Source: Dehalococcoidia bacterium (GTDB taxonomy: Bacteria; Chloroflexota; Dehalococcoidia; GIF9; AB-539-J10). Taken from it: a stretch of DNA of 64,000 nt. This document shows positions 60,170-64,000 of this stretch, in pieces (within the stretch, counting starts at the first letter, position 1; each line of letters opens with the position of its first letter). The notes beneath the pieces are model-generated. The model ran no database searches. It was not told the DNA's origin and was given only the letters and a program-made list of their open reading frames with translations. Both the position numbers and the translations under genes were made by a program. Location of the stretch: positions 179,385 through 243,384 of the forward strand of contig DAOUDP010000001.1 of assembly GCA_034431195.1 (NCBI GenBank), in the 5' to 3' direction.

Positions 60170-61342
60170 CTATTCGGTAACTAGAGGAAATTCCCAAATC
60201 ACCTCCCCTTGCTCAATATCCAGAGCATATAGACAGTTATCCTGCCCACGAACATAAACCACATCACCTGAAGCACAAAGCGATGCTCGGACAGAAGTAC
60301 CAATGGATAACTGATTTACTATCCTGTTATCACCTGTAGCCTCAGTCTTAAGAACATATACCTCTCCTAAGTCACAAGCTATTACCAGCAAATCATCCAC
60401 CAGAAGTGGTGAGACGACTATAGGACTTCCCGCATCAAAAGACCACAATTGTGTGCCATTGCCAGCATCAATAGCATAAATCTTACCATCAAGACATCCA
60501 GCGTAGACAACATTATTACTAACTAAAGGAGTAGCCCAAAAGCAGTTGTCTCCAGCGAATTTCCACAATGTTTCGTTGCTTTCTACTTTCACAGCATGGA
60601 GGTTGCGGTCGAAGGAACCTACAAATATCACTCCGTTAGACACTACCGGAGAGGAAATAAATCCTATTTTTGACTCTGATGCAAAACTCCAGGTTATACT
60701 GCCATCGTCAGCCGATAAGGCGTAAAGATGCCCATCAAGGCTAGTTATATAAACCTTGTCTTCCTCAATATAGGGAGTGGACCACAGTTTCTTAGCGAGG
60801 ACATCCGATTCCCATTTTTGATCACCAAAATCTTTGTGTAACGAATACACCTTGCCATTTGAACTTGTTACATATATAGCGTCGTCACTCACCACCGGAC
60901 TGCCTACAACGCTTCCTATCACCTCGTTTGTCTTGGGATAGAACCATTCCTTGTCTCTGGTCTGTGGGAAATTCAGATTCTGGCTTCGGGCTAACGTGCT
61001 TAGCGCATAGACTTTGCCATTATAGGTACCAATAAACACTAAATCTCCATCCACAGCGGGTGTGCCATATATGGCAACAGGAGTGGATACTGGACCGCAT
61101 GACAATCCCCCCTGGGAAGAAGTAGTAATAGCATAAACCCACTCCCCACCCGCCGGGAAGTAAAGTCGCTGACTCCGAGCAGAGGCATTCACCGCCATGA
61201 TTTTGCCATCCATTGAACCTAAATAAAGAATCCCGTCACCACGAGTAATTCCCGAGAACCCGGTTGGTGCTTCAGCACAACCAAATGCAAATAAGCTAAA
61301 AAGGCAAAAAAGGACGATAAAATTTGTTAGATTAGTTTTCAC
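60170..61342 (-). CDS. PQQ-like beta-propeller repeat protein, secreted or lipoprotein
   Basis: Signal peptide with LFAFGCA; repeated G-x-LYALD/VYALS/IYAID and W-x-F blades. Confidence 0.65.
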   Translation of the reverse strand: MKTNLTNFIVLFCLFSLFAFGCAEAPTGFSGITRGDGILYLGSMDGKIMAVNASARSQRLYFPAGGEWVYAITTSSQGGLSCGPVSTPVAIYGTPAVDGDLVFIGTYNGKVYALSTLARSQNLNFPQTRDKEWFYPKTNEVIGSVVGSPVVSDDAIYVTSSNGKVYSLHKDFGDQKWESDVLAKKLWSTPYIEEDKVYITSLDGHLYALSADDGSITWSFASESKIGFISSPVVSNGVIFVGSFDRNLHAVKVESNETLWKFAGDNCFWATPLVSNNVVYAGCLDGKIYAIDAGNGTQLWSFDAGSPIVVSPLLVDDLLVIACDLGEVYVLKTEATGDNRIVNQLSIGTSVRASLCASGDVVYVRGQDNCLYALDIEQGEVIWEFPLVTE

Positions 61343-61365
61343 TTCAATGTCTCACAGCATGGCGG

Positions 61366-61578
61366 TCAAGGCACAGGGTCATATCCCCCTCTAGAGAAAG
61401 GATTGCACCGAGCCAATCGTTTAGTTACCAACCAGCTACCTTTAATAAATCCATACCTTTCAATCGCTTCATGAGCATAGTGCGAGCAAGTGGGTTGATA
61501 ACGGCAGGAATGCGGAGTAACTTCCGATATCGTCGTTTGATATAATTCAATCAAATCGAGGATTAACCGTTTTGTCAT
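61366..61578 (-). CDS. yidD: membrane protein insertion efficiency factor YidD
   Basis: [19 protein letters not shown]...[17 protein letters not shown]. Confidence 0.85.
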   Translation of the reverse strand: MTKRLILDLIELYQTTISEVTPHSCRYQPTCSHYAHEAIERYGFIKGSWLVTKRLARCNPFSRGGYDPVP

Positions 61579-61909
61579 CGTCCATCAGCAACTGCGCCTG
61601 CCCCAATAATCTAGCTACCGAACTTTTCAATTCATGATAATCAGCACCCGCTGCTTCGGGTTGGGCAATAAATACTATATCCCATCCCGGCTTTATCACT
61701 TGTAGCCTCATTATCTCCCTTAATAAACGCTTCAACCGATTGCGTATTACCGCGTTGCCCACCTTCTTACTCACCGAAAGACCATACCTGGTCGAACCTA
61801 AGCCCGTGGGCAAAGTTCTCACCACTATTAGATCTCCCCTCCATACTTTGCCTCTTTGGTAAACCGAAAAGTAATCTGCCTTCTTGGTTAGAGTCAAGGG
61901 TCGTCTCAT
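61547..61909 (-). CDS. rnpA: RNase P protein component
   Basis: 120-aa basic protein with [12 protein letters not shown] (RNR motif region); downstream of rpmH. Confidence 0.85.
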   Translation of the reverse strand: MRRPLTLTKKADYFSVYQRGKVWRGDLIVVRTLPTGLGSTRYGLSVSKKVGNAVIRNRLKRLLREIMRLQVIKPGWDIVFIAQPEAAGADYHELKSSVARLLGQAQLLMDDDKTVNPRFD

Positions 61910-61913
61910 ACAA

Positions 61914-62054
61914 TTAAACCGGGGTCAGCTTCCACCGCCCTTTAAGCCGCCTTCGCTTAAGCACTCTCCGGCCACCTCGAGTAGCCACTCTGGCACGAAA
62001 GCCGAGCTTTCTCTTCCTGGAAAGCCTCTTTGGCTGATAAGTTCGTTTAGGCAT
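61914..62054 (-). CDS. rpmH: 50S ribosomal protein L34
   Basis: Manual translation [46 protein letters not shown]; below the ORF-track length cut-off. Confidence 0.85.
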   Translation of the reverse strand: MPKRTYQPKRLSRKRKLGFRARVATRGGRRVLKRRRLKGRWKLTPV

Positions 62055-62354
62055 TTAACTCCTGCGATGTCTTGCTGCAGGCAAGCCTACACCGCCTGTC
62101 TTCCAGATATGAACCGGGGCATAAGGCAACAAAGCCAAAAAACGAGCCCTCTTTATAGCTCGTGCTAGAGCCCGCTGATGCTTAGCACAAGCCCTAGTTG
62201 TGTGCCGTGACCCAATGCTTCCATGGCTAGCGAGATACTGAGATAAGGTAGCCACATCTTTATAGTCTATGGTTGCCTTTCCAGTGCAGAAAGGACAAAT
62301 TGCAGGCTTACGGGTGAAGCTTCTTGTCCGCCCTGTTGCTCTAAAATCAGCCAA
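62055..62354 (-). CDS. rpsR: 30S ribosomal protein S18
   Basis: ICPFCTGKATIDYKDVATLSQYLASHGSI...KHQRALARAIKRARFLALLPY; its stop directly abuts the rpmH ATG. Confidence 0.85.
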   Translation of the reverse strand: MADFRATGRTRSFTRKPAICPFCTGKATIDYKDVATLSQYLASHGSIGSRHTTRACAKHQRALARAIKRARFLALLPYAPVHIWKTGGVGLPAARHRRS

Positions 62355-62371
62355 TCCTTTGCTCCTTCGAA

Positions 62372-62779
62372 TTACTCAAAAGGCAGATCCTCAGGCTGGA
62401 TCTCCCCTTCCTCAGGAACGCCCTCTTCAGGAAGGGGAGCTACAGCTCCTGGCTTACCAAGGAAAAGTACTTGATTTGCAGTCACTTCAAGGCTGGTGCG
62501 TACCTGTCCATCCTGCCCTTCCCAGTTGCGAGCATGCAGCCTCCCTTCCACATAAACCTGCTTACCTTTGGTTACGAATTGATTACAAGCCTCCGCTTGC
62601 TTACCCCAAACGCTAATTCTAAACCAATCTGTTTCTTCCCTGGTCTCGCCGCTAGAGGTGGTGTAACGGCGACTAGTAGCCATGCTAAAAGAAGTAACCG
62701 GTTTGCCATTTGGTGTGTAGCGCATCTCAGGGTCACCGCCTACATTGCCGATAAGTATCACTTTGTTCAAACTTGCCAT
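62372..62779 (-). CDS. ssb: single-stranded DNA-binding protein
   Basis: MASLNKVILIGNVGGDPEMRYTPNGKPVTSFSMATS... OB fold; acidic C-terminal tail EDLPFE. Confidence 0.9.
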   Translation of the reverse strand: MASLNKVILIGNVGGDPEMRYTPNGKPVTSFSMATSRRYTTSSGETREETDWFRISVWGKQAEACNQFVTKGKQVYVEGRLHARNWEGQDGQVRTSLEVTANQVLFLGKPGAVAPLPEEGVPEEGEIQPEDLPFE

Positions 62780-62782
62780 CTC

Positions 62783-63070
62783 TTAACCTCCTCCTTTCAC
62801 TATGAGATGTCGCAGAATTTCCTCCGAAGCCCGCAGTTCAGCACCAAGTTTCTTCGTCAAATCGGGCTCCAGCTTAAATCGGGTCAAAACATAATTAGCT
62901 TCCATGAACTTCTTTATAGGATAAGCTAACTTCCGTATTCCCCATTGTTCAGTTGATTCCACCATCCCACCTTCGTCAGTAATAAACTTGCCCACCTGCT
63001 CGATAATCTCAGGCAGTCTTTCCCCGTCAACTTCGGGACTTATTATAGTTACCAACTCATAATCAGTCAT
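62783..63070 (-). CDS. rpsF: 30S ribosomal protein S6
   Basis: YELVTIISPE...WGIRKLAYPIKK...ANYVL. Confidence 0.85.
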   Translation of the reverse strand: MTDYELVTIISPEVDGERLPEIIEQVGKFITDEGGMVESTEQWGIRKLAYPIKKFMEANYVLTRFKLEPDLTKKLGAELRASEEILRHLIVKGGG

Positions 63071-63108
63071 CTCTAACTCTAGTATTTTAATCCGTATAGT
63101 ATATCATA

Positions 63109-63876
63109 CTAGTAGCCATAACTTAATCGTTCAGTCAAAGGCGAAGGTAAATTATATTCCATCATTTTTTGCTGAGTAGCACTTATATCATAGTTAACCC
63201 GATAATAATATACCATTTGAGCCTCGCCATCATAGATGGCATAGCTAGCTCTAGGGTCACCATCACGGGGTTGTCCCACCCCACCAGGATTGATAATCAA
63301 GCGCTTGCTTTCAAAGCTTAACTTTATTTCACTGGGAATTTTAGCCACAGAGTAATGTTTTAAACTATCCTGCTGGAAGACTATCGGCTTATGAGAATGA
63401 CCTACAAGGCAAAACTTGGTGTCAAACTGGTTAAAGTTATCCTCAACATCCTTTGTTGATAGCCACCCTGGCTCAAGGTATTCCCAGATTGGATGGCGAG
63501 GACTGCCATGAACTAGGGTAAAATCCCCCTTCTTTATCCTCTGAGGAAGATCTTGCAGATAATTCATATCCCCGGCAGCCAGTTGCTGCCTCGTCCAAAG
63601 GATAGCTTGAGCTGCATAGGGATTAAAATCGGAGATATCAAGTTTACCAATAGCTGCCCAGTCATGATTGCCGGCAACACAAATATGCTTGTATTGACAT
63701 AAAAGCTCAATGCAGGCATGAGGCTCAGGTCCATAGCCCACTACATCACCCAAGCACCAAATCTCATCAGTGCCGCCCCTACTTTCTATATCTCGAAGCA
63801 CAGCTTGAAAAGCAACTAGATTGCTATGGACGTCGGCAAGGATAGCATAACGCATGACACCAACTATACCATCCAT
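63109..63876 (-). CDS. metallophosphoesterase (calcineurin-like); start probably at 63855
   Basis: ILADVHSN...GDVVGYGP...GNHD...GHSH motifs. Confidence 0.7.
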   Translation of the reverse strand: MDGIVGVMRYAILADVHSNLVAFQAVLRDIESRGGTDEIWCLGDVVGYGPEPHACIELLCQYKHICVAGNHDWAAIGKLDISDFNPYAAQAILWTRQQLAAGDMNYLQDLPQRIKKGDFTLVHGSPRHPIWEYLEPGWLSTKDVEDNFNQFDTKFCLVGHSHKPIVFQQDSLKHYSVAKIPSEIKLSFESKRLIINPGGVGQPRDGDPRASYAIYDGEAQMVYYYRVNYDISATQQKMMEYNLPSPLTERLSYGY

Positions 63877-64000
63877 AGGACAGCATGGTGAAATTGAGGC
63901 TAATGTGCGCTGAATGCTATAATCACCTTAAAACTTTGACGGATTAGGCAAACCCAGAGTTCATATATGCCGCCGTTAAGTGAAATCTGGCTCGGGCTCC

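Noticed and set aside
62055-62110. Possible frameshift or extension at the C-terminus of rpsR (IWKTGGVGLPAARHRRS)
   Set aside because: No internal stop or frame problem is visible. Basic C-terminal extensions occur in S18 of some lineages. It cannot be resolved without orthologs.

Overview
Bacterial chromosomal window, probably Chloroflexi/Dehalococcoidia-like (my guess), about 45-50% GC, densely coding with mostly housekeeping genes. Bacterial hallmarks are hrcA-grpE-dnaK with a CIRCE element, secA, lspA, rpmH-rnpA-yidD-yidC-jag, and a T-box leader. Identified content, in order: a partial proV-like ABC ATPase; purC; hicBA; tRNA-Arg(TCT); a cluster of four secreted surface proteins rich in N-x-S/T sequons; a transglutaminase-like protein; an aldolase with pfkA; sbcDC-like genes; hisZ-hisG-hisD-hisC-hisB, where hisG is a tandem double short-form HisG; rluD-lspA; a dksA/traR-like gene; pckA; hrcA-grpE-dnaK; glyA; prs; secA; polX; two MBL hydrolases; valS; a second hicBA; coaBC-coaX-nnr plus a Mut7-C protein; corA; an AtuA-like pair; a Trp T-box leader with trpB2; a PadR regulator divergent from an HtrA-like protease; ileS; jag-yidC-yidD-rnpA-rpmH adjacent to rpsR-ssb-rpsF; and a metallophosphoesterase. 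The most interesting region is a low-GC accessory island (32817-36800) wedged between secA and polX. It is bounded and subdivided by direct repeats that copy the secA 3' end and part of a small downstream gene. Cassette 1 carries a predicted EVE(PUA-like)-PD-(D/E)xK nuclease, a candidate modification-dependent restriction enzyme. Cassette 2 carries a translationally coupled pair, a DUF262 (GmrS/ParB-like) protein and a RelA/SpoT-family nucleotidyltransferase with a synthetase-type domain, which I propose as a candidate new two-gene defence or toxin system. Other oddities: a 32-bp element found identically and in frame inside purC and ileS, with a variant inside nnr; a dispersed GCAATGACA repeat family; and an SbcC-like protein with a membrane hairpin in place of a zinc hook.
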